Part shown: positions 17,885-28,678 of the stretch, piece by piece
Layout: each line of letters opens with the position of its first letter
How positions within the stretch are numbered: the first letter of the stretch is position 1
From: a virus
Taxonomy: Duplodnaviria > Caudoviricetes
IMG/VR virus record: IMGVR_UViG_3300036851_000068
Span: 1,822-65,821 of that record
Strand: one strand, 5' to 3'
DNA: 64,000 nucleotides
The notes under the pieces: model-generated
Seen by the model: the letters and a program-made list of their open reading frames with translations, nothing else
The model's database searches: none
What the model was told of the DNA's origin: nothing
Program-made: the position numbers and the translations under genes

Positions 17885-18381
17885 AGAAGCAGCATAAGTT
17901 GACTTCAGAGCAAGCGCGCAAGATGGCAAGCCGTCCTCGCAGGCCGCGCACGATCAAGGTTGCTGTGCGTGACTTGTTGGAGTGCTCTGACGCGCAGGAG
18001 TTGAAGTCAGAGATGGAGGAATGGCGCGATAACATGGACGGGGCAAACATGACACACCTTCCAAAGTATGAGGAGGTGTCGGAGGCAGCGGACGAATGTG
18101 AGAACGTGGTGGATGAGTTGGAGCAGGGCTTGTCGAATCTGATTGAGGCACTGGAGAAGCACGATCAGGGCAAGACGTTATTGGATACGGCGCTGGAGGT
18201 TAGTAATCGCCGGGTGTCGTCACGAGCAGATCGTGCAGGTGAAATCAGTGAGCGCGTGGGTGCAGCGGCGGATGCTATCAAGGCCGAGTTCGGTCCTGAG
18301 ACTGAGGAGCATTCTCTGGCTGATGAAGTGGCTGAGGGCGCTGAAGCCGTGGGAATGGTTAACTTCCCAGGCATGTATTAG
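17881..18381 (+). CDS. acidic helical hypothetical protein
   Basis: AAGGAG SD; ELKSEMEEWRDNM. Confidence 0.65.
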   Translation: MKKQHKLTSEQARKMASRPRRPRTIKVAVRDLLECSDAQELKSEMEEWRDNMDGANMTHLPKYEEVSEAADECENVVDELEQGLSNLIEALEKHDQGKTLLDTALEVSNRRVSSRADRAGEISERVGAAADAIKAEFGPETEEHSLADEVAEGAEAVGMVNFPGMY

Positions 18382-18393
18382 GAGGAGCAGACG

Positions 18394-18579
18394 ATGAAGG
18401 TACCTATCAAGTTCGATGAACTGAGGTTCGAGCCGGGGCAGTATGCTGACGGCCCTGGCCGCGTGACGTTCAGCCTGCGCGGGATTGACCTGTTTGAGAT
18501 ACCGATTATGGCGCAGGCAAACGAGTCTTTCCGCCTGAAGATTCAGGGAGATATTCATATCGTGGTTGAACCGGCATGA
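18394..18579 (+). CDS. hypothetical protein
   Basis: AGGAGGAG SD. Confidence 0.6.
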   Translation: MKVPIKFDELRFEPGQYADGPGRVTFSLRGIDLFEIPIMAQANESFRLKIQGDIHIVVEPA

Positions 18580-18582
18580 GTA

Positions 18583-18755
18583 ATTCGGCGGCGCGTAAGC
18601 GCACGGAAATTGTGGGCAGTCGTGTACAGACCGAGGGAGCGCGGCCCTCTCCGACTGGCTGGGGAACGAACGTGGAATCTGCGCCACATGCTGAGGGTTC
18701 CCGCCGAATAGATTCGGGTTGGGTCGTAAAGCATGGCCTAACCCGCGTTCCTGTG
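18583..18755 (+). ncRNA. candidate structured RNA (multi-branch fold plus trailing hairpin)
   Basis: ATTCGGCGG/CCGCCGAAT closing stem; internal GCGC-GTAA-GCGC, CAGTCG/CGACTG, GGGAAC/GTTCCC; then CGGGTTGGGTC..GGCCTAACCCG. Confidence 0.4.
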
Positions 18756-18813
18756 GATGTACTGATAGACCATCCTGATGCGGACGAGGTGCCTTGTGGT
18801 AGCACCACTAACG

Positions 18814-19017
18814 ATGAGCAAGACGAAGTGGCTGGGCAGCAGAAAGGCAAAGGCCAAGTGTCGCCGTGCGGGGTGCGGAGAAAGGATAACGATGCTTGCT
18901 GATTATTTCGGGGACCCGTATTGCAGCCGGGTGTGTTTGAGGATTCACTTGAATATCCCGGAGCCGGAGAATGACAGGTTTCGTGCGAGTACCTTGGTGA
19001 AACGTTATGGCGGGTAG
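18814..19017 (+). CDS. small zinc-finger protein
   Basis: CRRAGC...YCSRVC. Confidence 0.55.
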   Translation: MSKTKWLGSRKAKAKCRRAGCGERITMLADYFGDPYCSRVCLRIHLNIPEPENDRFRASTLVKRYGG

Positions 19018-20069
19018 GATTCTGACAGCAGCACAGTTGAGAGTCTTTGCGGCTGATGTGCAGCCGTCTGACAAGAGCGTGGTGTTCCTGGGATTATCAG
19101 GCGGGGAGTTGGCCGCTGAGGACCAGGTGTGCATCGGGCTGGACGTGAAGACGTGTGTACAGTTGCACGAAGCACTAATGCTATGGCTAGCAAAGACGGT
19201 GCCGGTGACTCCGGGAGGGGCGGTGCACTAATGGAGTTCTTTCGAACGTGGGGCGGGTTTGCGTGGTACACATCACCACAGACTGAGGGATGGGGGCGGT
19301 TGCTGCGCGTGTATCTTCGCATTGGCAGTAAGCGCTTGTTGGAGGTGGCTATTCCTTACGACCAAAAGCGCGTCATGAGGGCGTTAGCCTTGGTGAATGC
19401 GGTAGCGCTGACAGCGATCATTGTGCAGCCGGGCGTGGTGAATGGATGGTTGCTGTTTGTGGTCGTTGCAACGCTGAACCTATTCATGTGGGCGGTGGCG
19501 TGGTGAAGAATCTGCGCGAGCAACTAGAGCAGGTGAAGAAGGACATTGAGCAGATCAGCAACAAGTATTCTGCGGAGCCGGGCCGCGATGTTGAAATGAA
19601 TCCTGTAGCGCGGGCGCTGAGTGGGTTGGTAAATATCGTGGAGGACTTGCTGAGATGACAGATAGAAGCGCAACGGGACAACCACCTGTGCAAATAACGG
19701 GAACGTGTTGCTGCGGGACATGCGAGGACTGCTTGGCTACGTGGGCCGGGCCGAGTATTCGAATGTCGTATGTCATGGCGCGCGCTAAGGTTCGTGATAT
19801 GGCGGCGAAGGGTATCGAGGCGCATGTAGAGTGTGTGCATACGATAGATAACTTCTGGCACTGTGTTGTAAAAGGGCCGGACCCATACAGCGGTGACCGT
19901 AAATGAGAGGCATATGCGGAAACTGCGGGCATGTACGCGCGGACCATCCGACGCCAGACATTTGCACGGGAGAGGACGGGCTGGGATGCACCTGCGGTGA
20001 GTATTGGGAGAAGTACCGTTACGACGAGGACCTTGAATTCGATGTGAAGCGGGAGACGCCGCAAGACGA

Positions 20070-20267
20070 ATGAACAGTAATCGTATTGGGGAGATCAGGC
20101 TGGAAATCGAGCGCTTGCTTATGGAGCATGAGCGCATAGCGAAGAAGTTGGGTAGGCGCGTTCCCAGGTTCAATTCGCGAGTGGCAAAGAAGTTCGGGGT
20201 GAGCCGACAGCGCGTGGGCAACATAGCGCGGGCAATGGGGTTAACAACCCCCAGGGAGAAGCGGTAA
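20070..20267 (+). CDS. small HTH DNA-binding protein
   Basis: VAKKFGVSRQRVGNIAR helix-turn-helix. Confidence 0.7.
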   Translation: MNSNRIGEIRLEIERLLMEHERIAKKLGRRVPRFNSRVAKKFGVSRQRVGNIARAMGLTTPREKR

Positions 20268-23200
20268 TGGAGATGAATCTGAGGCAGGCTATAAAGGTGC
20301 TGCTTATAAACGTACACGCACACGCAGCGGCAGGATACGAGTTGCATCCTACGGAGGAGAAGGCTGTTGCGATGCTTGAGCGCTATACGGATGGCTGGGT
20401 GCCCGGTGAACCGGAGCCTGAGTGGTTGAGAAAGGCAGGTAGAGACTGATGAAGCGAGCAATTAAGGCACGCAAGTCAACACATACAAGTCGGTTCGGGC
20501 CGCTGATGCGAGCGCGTGACCGTGTGACAACGCGATGGGCTGGCAGCGCCGAGATGGTTCGCATTGGGCTATCGGCTGGTCACTTTGTGACTTTGCATGT
20601 GGTGGATGGTTGGCTGGTTGTGTCGGCTGACAGCACCATGACGGTGAGGCCGGTGAACGAGCGCGAGATATACATTCGACCGGTGGGCTATGTGGGCGGA
20701 TGGGTGCCCGAGTTTGCCATCGGCAAGATCAAGGAGAATGCTTACCTGGGCGCTATACGCCGGGTAAATGAGAAGCAAGAAAATAGGCGCTTAACGGGCA
20801 ACCAGTGAACGTCGTGGTGGTTATGGTCCTGGCATGGGCCGTGCTTGTGCTGCTGATAACAGTGGCAGGCGTCTACATAGGACGGAAAGGACCGACGCAG
20901 CAGTTCATGACAGGGAAGTTGTCGTGCCCGTCGTGCCGGGGGTACTTCACGCCGTCGAGGTTGAAGTGGGAGAAGACGAGCAAGTGCTTGAACAACCTGG
21001 ATTACTGTGATGAATGCAAACGAACAGGAGCGTGTGGATGCTGATGAGTGACTGGATTGGGCCTGTGTTTTTGTGGGTAGGTGGGTTTCTGTGCGGCGGC
21101 GCAGCAGGAGCCTATGTCATGTACAGGAGGCAGCGATGATTACGCGCGAGGTGTGGCTCAAGCGCCCTGACGGGCGTATCGAGGTTATGCTAGGGGAGTT
21201 TACCGTCATAGTTGACATGGCGGGCAAGCCGGTGTGGATTGAGGGGCGCGAGCGGCTAGGCGAAATAGGGCGACCGCGTGGTGGTGGTAATCTGTCGCCG
21301 CACGTACAGTGCTGGCCGATGGAGTCTGTACTGAAGTGGACCCAGGTACCCGATGATGTTGTTGACTGGAAGCATTGGACATATAGAGGTATCGAGCGGG
21401 TAATGCGTCGCATGGAGCCAACATTTGTTATGGGCGAGGCTGTATTTACGCCTAAGATTGTCGGCGCTAAGACCGACGATGGCATCGGCCCATTCAAACG
21501 ATGGATGGATGAAGGTTTTGACCGTGGTTGGCTAATAATGCACAGGAGCGAGCGATGAATAAGCAATGGACGCGGTATCCTGTGCCGGACGGTAATGTGC
21601 GACAGTGTTGTGATGCGCTGAAGCAGTCTCGTCCTACCATTCACATAGGGACTAGGCTTCACGATCATTGGTGCAGTCAGATTACGGGACATAAGGGCTA
21701 TCACAAGTGTTGGTGGTGTGGGCATGAGTGGAAATTGGAAGTGGAGGAGAAAGAGGTACATGCGCTGACTACACAGTTGTCGGCGCTGGAAGCCGAAGTT
21801 GGTAACGGTGAGACTCGTGGACGCAAGAAGCGCAAGGGGGTGAAGTGAATGGTGACCATTGAGGTAGGCAACGAGATGCTGACGAATCAGCGGCGCGGTA
21901 CGCCGACAGTGAAGCCGTTCAGGTATTACCTGTTCTGCTATCGAGTGCGTACCTTCAAGGCAGCGGCGACGCGGAGGCATTGGTTTCTTGAGATAATTGA
22001 GGCACCTACACAGAAGGGCGCGGATTCAAAGTTGGCTAAGTTTATTGCGCGCAAGGATGTGGTGCTGCTGAGCAGGAACGGACGGAGGCTACGGAAGCCG
22101 TGATTAGTAACTGGACTCTTGTGTACCTGTTTCTAATCATGGCGTCGATTGCTGTTGTGACGGCGGTGTCTATCGCGTTGTTCATAGTGGCCGTGGGCGC
22201 TGTGATGTACGGCATTCAGAAACTGTGGGAGTTCTTGTGGAGGGCATGATGCAGACCGAGAAGCCAGTAAGCCTGTGGCAGCAGATATGGCGCAGGGTGT
22301 ACCGTGGCAAGCCGCACCAGTATCGAGCGCCGCGATACTATAGGCGGGCCATGATGCAAGTGGCTGTACGGGAGCAAAAGCGCAAGGTGGGTAAGCACAA
22401 TTCTGCGATTGAAAGGGCGCGCGTAGCAGCGGCGCACCGGCGGGCTACCGAGGCGCTGGTGGAGAGTAGTCAGACACCTGGGCAGCGCGCGGAGCCTGTC
22501 CTGGGGCTTCCTACAGGGCACGGCAAGGGGATTGAGGCACGATTGCGGCAGATAGCCGAATCTGTACTGCGGAAGCGAGAGGAGAAGCGGTGATGTACAA
22601 GGTTGAACTGGTGCGTTATGAAGACAAGGTTGGGGTAGGCGTCCAGGAGCATGAAGGGATTTGGCTGGGGGCATGGTTTTGGGTTCGTACTGGTGACCCC
22701 AAATACTTTCCTGCATTCGACCGCGATGGTATTCGAGAAGCGATTAAGAAGGCTGAAGCGTGGGTGCGCGAGCGCGTGGCGGGCGAGGAAAATGCAGAGG
22801 CTGTTGTAAAGGAATACAAGAAGACGGGGAGAATACAATGAGCATTGCACTGTTGATGGCACTGGTGTTTATCCTGATAGTGTTGATTGCGGAGGCAGGA
22901 CGATGAATCCGTGGAGAAGGTTTGTAGACGTGGTGCCGCCGCCGATTATAAGGACACAGAGTGGGCCGATGAGATTGCGGCGATGGGCCAGGCGAGTGCT
23001 AGGCCGGTGTCCTACGTGTGGCGGGCGCATGGTGCAGGGCCGCTGCATTGCATGGATGATGTTCGTGGCTCGTGTGCGGCGCGAGTGGGAAGAGAAGTCT
23101 AAGGAGGCGGGCCGATGAGAAGCAACGAAGAGATCAAGGCACGTATCGAATACTTGAAGACTCAGCAGGAGAAGGAGCGCGCGAGGTTCCTGGAACTATT

Positions 23201-23682
23201 TCAGGATGCACGGATGCGGTGGGCGTTGAGCGAGGAGGCGGGTCGATGAAACTGTTGTGGTTTCTAATAGCCAACGTTGCGGCAATAGCCGGACTGTTGC
23301 TTTACGTAGTGCTGGATACGCTGCGCCGGGAGCGCAAGGTGCGCAAGCAAGAGTTAGCACAGTATAAGGCTGCGAGGTTGGCACAGTGGCAGGAAAATGA
23401 GAAGGGAATGAAGCGTGTGGCCGCACAGGGTTGGCACGGTGCGCTCAAGGTTCGCATGACGGTGCCCGAGATGCGCAAGTACCTGGATGAGACTATCGAG
23501 GTGTTTAAGAAGGATGCTTACTGAGGAGTTGAAGAAGTGAGGAAGTGTCCTTCGTGCAAAAAGGCGCTGGCCGTGCGCATACTGCATTGGTTGTTCCTGT
23601 TGAACGTGCCGCGAGGTGCGCGGGTAGCCTGCTTGGACTGCGGCTACACCTGGGATGATTGGGATGCGGAGGTGGTGAATTG

Positions 23683-24078
23683 ATGAAGGCGCGTGATGTA
23701 GCCTGGATATTGTGGGTGTACCTGCTGGTGCTGGCTGTGGTGTTTGCTATTGTGACGTGGGCGGCACCCGAGACAGTAGATCGTCGCATGCCACAGGTGA
23801 GCGGGTACAAACTGGATAACGGCGCACACATGGGAACGCTGCCATGTGGTGAGGCATACATGGAGGTGCGGCGCACAAAGGTTCCGAATGAGTGGGTAGT
23901 TGTGTGGTATCTGAACAAGAAGGTGCTGGCCGTGGTCTTTGTCTACGACGGCTACTATCAATACTTCGTAGACTCTGACTTCGATGGCAGGTGGAACAAG
24001 AACGGCATTGGGAAGACCGGAGAGGGCAGCGCTGCGGACTTCTACAAGTTGGTGAATGGCTGCTATCTGACGACATGA
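23683..24078 (+). CDS. membrane-anchored exported protein with DxDxDG motif
   Basis: N-terminal TM; YFVDSDFDG; GGAGGTG SD. Confidence 0.6.
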   Translation: MKARDVAWILWVYLLVLAVVFAIVTWAAPETVDRRMPQVSGYKLDNGAHMGTLPCGEAYMEVRRTKVPNEWVVVWYLNKKVLAVVFVYDGYYQYFVDSDFDGRWNKNGIGKTGEGSAADFYKLVNGCYLTT

Positions 24079-24737
24079 GCGTGAACTTCACTTTGGTAGC
24101 ACCAACGTTTCAGGTGAGCGATTCGCGCGAGAACTACACTAAGGGCAAGAGCGTGCAGAGGCGCGAGGCGGTTCACTTTGCGCAAGACGCTGACGACATT
24201 AGCAAACGCGCTCGCGGTCGAGGGCGCAGCGATGGGCACAGGAGAAGCAAATGACACTGGAGCGGTTCCTGGTTCGGTTGGCAAAGGTGGCCGAGGATAG
24301 ACCTTTTGAGTTGACTTCGGGCATGTTGCGCACCAGCGATAGCGTGTACCACTGCCCCATTGAGGCTGTGGCCGGAGTCAAAGGGTATGTTACGGCAGCA
24401 CATCGGCTAAAGTTACCGACGAGGCTGCGCAACAGAATCATGAAGGCTGCTGATGGCTTTGGTCTTAGCAGTAACGGTGACCTTCGGCTGCGCGCATTGT
24501 TGTTGAGCGCAGTACGCTATGGCAAAGCGAGGTAATGTGATTGAGGGGTTTGATTGAACGCATACAGTCTTGGCTTCGGCGCTGTCAAATATGTGGCGCG
24601 CGGCATGCATGGCAGTATCCTATTCGTGATTACCCAGCGTTGCGATTGTGTAAGCGCCATGCGCAAGAAGTATTTATTAAGTTGGTGGCGCGGGGGCCAA
24701 TACGAATGAGGGTAAGAGACTAAATTAGAGGTGATGC

Positions 24738-25217
24738 ATGGGACGAGGCATGATGTTGTTCGCGCTAGGATTCTTTGTTGCATCGCTGTTTGCAATGTGG
24801 ACGTACAACACGGACTTTGATTGTGTAGAGAAGACGGCGCAGAAGCCGGACGTAAAGGTATTCACGCTGCTACCATCGGACCCATTTGTGATTGGGGATG
24901 GCGAGCGCGCCTACCTGCTGGAGCCGCACACTATCTTAGATGCTGTGCGCAAGGTGGAAGGCGTGCCATCGTATGGTGTCATGACTCTTGCCCGGCGCTA
25001 TGGTAGTCACAGGGTTGTACCCGAGGCGCTAGGGCGGGCCGAGGCAGCGAAGATCATGCACAAGATGTACCGGCGGTGGCGCGCACAGGGTAGGCCGGGT
25101 GATTTTCTTGATTACATGCACAAGCGGTATGCGCCGGTGGGCGCGAGCAATGACCCGACTGGGTTGAATAGGCACTGGCGCAGGAACCTTGAGAGGTACA
25201 TGGAGGCACGACGATGA
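24738..25217 (+). CDS. membrane-anchored lysozyme/glucosaminidase-like muralytic protein
   Basis: N-terminal TM; KVEG..SYGV; RYAPVGASNDPTGLNRHW..N motif. Confidence 0.55.
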   Translation: MGRGMMLFALGFFVASLFAMWTYNTDFDCVEKTAQKPDVKVFTLLPSDPFVIGDGERAYLLEPHTILDAVRKVEGVPSYGVMTLARRYGSHRVVPEALGRAEAAKIMHKMYRRWRAQGRPGDFLDYMHKRYAPVGASNDPTGLNRHWRRNLERYMEARR

Positions 25218-26507
25218 ATGTTACGACGTTGTTCTTGATTTGTTTCGTGCTTTTTCAGGCTATAAGTCTGGTGACGGCGTTGGAGGGACGACGATGATGA
25301 AGACGGTATACATTCCAGTTCACTACGGTAGCGGTGGCGATGCAATACTTCCTGAGCCGTTGTTTGGGATTAAGGCTGATAGCGAGAAGGAAGCGCGGGT
25401 GATTCTTACCTGGTGGGCAAGGGGACGACGCGAGAAACTGTATTGGGATAATGCTCACTTGGTGCCTGTGGTGACAGTGATTAGTAGCGAGGAAGGGAGT
25501 GAGAACAATGGGTAAATATCCTCATGTGATGTATGTGCTGCGCGAGGCAGACGGCGATGAGCACTTCTTCTCAGCACAAGCACAGTTGAAGTCTTTTGCT
25601 GTGCCGGACGACAAGATCGTGGTAGCAAAGTACGTGTTAGAATCATTTGTGACTGTCACAGCGAACGTCAGTGGGAAGGAGGAAAGGGTATGACGATGTT
25701 GCTGGGAGCATTCGGTATTGGACGAGGGAACTGGCCTGCTGCGCGAGCACTGGGCCTAAAGTTTGACTTTGGGCATGACGTATGGGACATCGCTGAGCCG
25801 GGCTATGAGCGCGTGGTGGGCCGGTACGGTATGGACGACTTGCAGCCTGGTGTTCACACTGAAGCGGAACTTGGTGAGTGGGCTAAGGAGGTTCGGAGCG
25901 AGGGCCTGATGCCCTGTACATCCTGCATTCCATCGTTCTTAGGGTCGGTGGTTTCGACAGTGGGCGAGTGGTGTGGGAAGCATAGCGTGAGCCTTGGCGT
26001 GCAAGCCTACCACTACAGTCCGCGCATATACTCGGACATCGAGGTACTACTTCAGCGGATAGGGACCGGCATTCGCTTGCGCCACTACATGGGCTGGTAC
26101 GGCGTGGCCGATTCTGTATATCCTGTCTACTCATCACAGGCACAGTGGAAGCCGAAGAAGCCGTGGGAGATCAGATTCATCCGGTGGCAGTACAGGATGA
26201 TGAGATGCAGGTTGCTGGTCTTCTTCCCCTGGAATGAGCAGGCGCTGAAGGCTCTGGTATGACCACGATGAGCATGGCAGAGGTTCAGGAGAAACTGGCT
26301 AAGGCTAAGGCCACAGTGGTCGAAGCCTACGAAGCCTTTCAGGTCCACAAGAAGAGATGTCCGACATGCAAGTGTGGAGGCAGGTGCCAGAAGCGTCAGG
26401 ACATGCTGTTTGAGGTTGGTCAACTGCACATGATGGTGAGCATGGTGGAAGTGTGGTTGAACGGCTATCGTGAGAGGCAAGGGCGGGGCATCTAGGAGGT
26501 GATTTGG

Positions 26508-26660
26508 ATGAAGCAAGCGATCATGGTACTTGCGCTCGTGCTGGCACTAGCGGCACCGGCGCTGGCGGGCGGGTTCCTGAAGTCGAGGAAATACATGAGT
26601 GCGCAAGGGTATGCCAGGTGGCAATACTTCCTGACTACCGGAGTGTGGCGAGCGAGGTAG
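26508..26660 (+). CDS. small secreted peptide precursor (50 aa, not in ORF track)
   Basis: AGGAGGTG SD; MKQAIMVLALVLALAAPALA|GGFLKSRKYMSAQGYARWQYFLTTGVWRAR. Confidence 0.7.
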   Translation: MKQAIMVLALVLALAAPALAGGFLKSRKYMSAQGYARWQYFLTTGVWRAR

Positions 26661-26827
26661 CAGGACCGTGGCGCGTGCATAGGCATTAGCCGAAAAGGGT
26701 AGTGTGGACTCTGGCCTACCTCTAACGCAGCGCCATAGAAGGGCAGGGCCTGGGCCTGGAGCGATTATGCCGGATGGGCTATCGCCTTTGGAGCCTGGGC
26801 CTTGTCATTTGTGGGAGGTGGGATGCA

Positions 26828-27082
26828 ATGGACAGTCAGGGGATTAGGGTGCGTGATGGTGTGCGGCTTGACCTGAGCCGGGTCTGCTACTGGGACAAGG
26901 ATGGCGAGTGGTTCCTGTACCTGCCGGGTTGTGGGATAGGGAGCCTGCGGGAGCATGAGGTGGTGGAGCATGAGGACGGGACCATTACAGTGCAGCCGTC
27001 TATCCTCATGACAGGGCACAACCAGGGGCAGGAGACTACTGTACACGGCTACCTTGAGCGAGGGGTGTGGCGAGGGGCCTGA
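26828..27082 (+). CDS. DUF6527-like small protein
   Basis: PGCG...TITVQPSIL...HGYLERGVW; GGAGGTG SD. Confidence 0.55.
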   Translation: MDSQGIRVRDGVRLDLSRVCYWDKDGEWFLYLPGCGIGSLREHEVVEHEDGTITVQPSILMTGHNQGQETTVHGYLERGVWRGA

Positions 27083-27950
27083 CCCTGGGCTGTGTGGATA
27101 AAGGGGCAGAACTGTACACAGGGGGTTCATTAGCGGGCCTTGGAAGGGCATAATAGACCCTTGTAAGGGGGCACAACAGGGGGTGCAAAGTGTGGTACAC
27201 TTGTACACAGGTGGGCCTGGGACTCGGGGTAAAACCCTCGTCCCACGCCCTGGTATCAACGCCTGATGCGAGGCAGGTATAGGACCTGGGCGCATAGAGA
27301 GAACCCTCGTGGATACAGGCGCTTAGGCATCCCGAGTCCAAGAGATCAGGAAGCGCCGCGAGTAGAGCAAAGTGTACACAGGCAGGGGTTGTACACAGGG
27401 GGGGAGGCAATGGGGGGCAGCGGGGGAGCGGTACTCCGCCCAGCCCCTCACCCCACGCGCCGCACCCATGTACCCCAGTGTCCATAGGGACACCAAGGCC
27501 CAGCACCCACAGCATGCAGCACAGGGCACAGCAGGGCCGTGGTGAGTACGCAGGGGCAGGACCCGATACCAGCAGGGGTACCACAGTGGCGGGCCTTGGA
27601 GCCGCGAGCCTCTATGGACGTGGAGCAGGACCGTCCCCCCGTTCAGAACTTGCTGCGGGGCGGGCGGGCAGGACGATGCCGCGTTCTCGTAGCGTAGCAA
27701 GAGGGGTGTGTACACTTTTGAGCCAGTGTCGTGCAAAGGGTGTGTACACTACTTGCAGGGTGTGTACAGTTTTCGGAGAGGTATCCGGGATGTTAGGCCA
27801 CGGTCCAGCAGCAGGGGCCTGAGCCGCGAGCGCAGTTGAGAGGAACCGGCCCGGCAAGCCTGCCGGTGAAACCGAACCTCTCGGGGACTTGCACAAAATG
27901 TACATGGATGTGTACAATAGATGGTAGGTGTACACAGGGGGTTGTAGCAG
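27083..27950. repeat. non-coding region dense in TGTACA/GTACACAG repeats and G-runs; candidate packaging/terminus or origin region
   Basis: About 870 bp without a credible ORF directly upstream of terS; at least 10 TGTACA-like boxes. Confidence 0.6.
27889..27935 (+). promoter_or_regulatory. terS promoter with operator copy 3
   Basis: TTGCAC 27889-94, 18 bp spacer, TACAAT 27913-18; GTGTAC 27910-15 / GTACAC 27930-35. Confidence 0.75.
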
Positions 27951-28547
27951 ATGGCAGACGATCAGAGCAAGCCAAAACCGCCGGTGCAAAAGAGGGTGCC
28001 GCGCGTATGGGATATGAAGCCGGACGAGCCTGCCAAGGCGTATTCCGCCTTCATGCTCTATCGGAGCCTCGGTGTCGGGCGTAAGTTAGCCGATGCCGCA
28101 GAGCGCCTTCACGTCCGGGTCTATGTGCTGGAGAAGTTGAGCCAAAGGTTCTCGTGGGCGTTTCGCGCAGATCAGTGGGATGCATGGGCCTTGCGGCAGC
28201 GGAGTCACAGCGCTGAGAAGCGTGTGCTGCGCGAAGCCGAGTTGGAAGCACGTACGATCAGCGACCTGGTGCGCATGACACGCATTCTCACAAAGCGCAC
28301 GATGCTCAACGTCATTCGTACAAAAGCAGCATCGTTGACTCCGCAGGGCGTAGCAACCCTGGCTGACATCGTTGTGAAGTTGAGCCGGTTGCAACGCGGC
28401 GAGCCTACTGACCGGCGCGAGAACATTGCGCGCAGCGCACGCGAGCGCGTGCGAGAGAAGTTGGACACTGTGGCAAAGACTCTCGCAGACCAGATCAAAA
28501 CAAAGGAGAAGCCGGGCGATGCGCCGCCGTCGAAAGAAGTCCACTAG
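27951..28547 (+). CDS. terS: terminase small subunit (putative)
   Basis: E..KAY.AF..YR.LG..R.L...W..RA..WD HTH-type N-terminus; lies upstream of terL. Confidence 0.7.
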   Translation: MADDQSKPKPPVQKRVPRVWDMKPDEPAKAYSAFMLYRSLGVGRKLADAAERLHVRVYVLEKLSQRFSWAFRADQWDAWALRQRSHSAEKRVLREAELEARTISDLVRMTRILTKRTMLNVIRTKAASLTPQGVATLADIVVKLSRLQRGEPTDRRENIARSARERVREKLDTVAKTLADQIKTKEKPGDAPPSKEVH

Positions 28548-28678
28548 GTTCGCTCGTGTATGCTGCCCTCTGTGCCGCGAGCGCGCAGAGCGCCTGTCGG
28601 CTATCAAGGCCGTGAAGATGTACGCCTGGCGCTGCACAAAATGCGGCGCAAAGTTCTGGACGGAAATGGACAAGGACG

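Larger units (their letters stand above)
19007..26495 (+). other. array of about 30 short, tightly coupled hypothetical early genes, many membrane or zinc-binding
   Basis: Consecutive + strand ORFs with ATGA/GTGA overlaps, e.g. 19007, 19231, 19503, 19655, 19903, 20267, 20449, 20805, 21136, 21555, 21849, 22590, 22903, 23246, 24251, 25690, 26259. Confidence 0.7.

Noticed and set aside
18755-18815. Hammerhead ribozyme suggested by CTGATAGA/CTGATG
   Set aside because: No matching GAAA core or three-stem arrangement found
18576-18902. 108-aa ORF from the track
   Set aside because: Non-protein-like, overlaps a strongly base-paired segment and the better ORF starting at 18814
27266-27822. ORFs 27266-27487 and 27478-27822
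   Set aside because: No SD, low-complexity G/R/P translations across repeat DNA
27083-27950. CRISPR array or mini-array from TGTACAC repeats
   Set aside because: Repeats are only 6-11 bp with irregular spacing; no repeat-spacer periodicity
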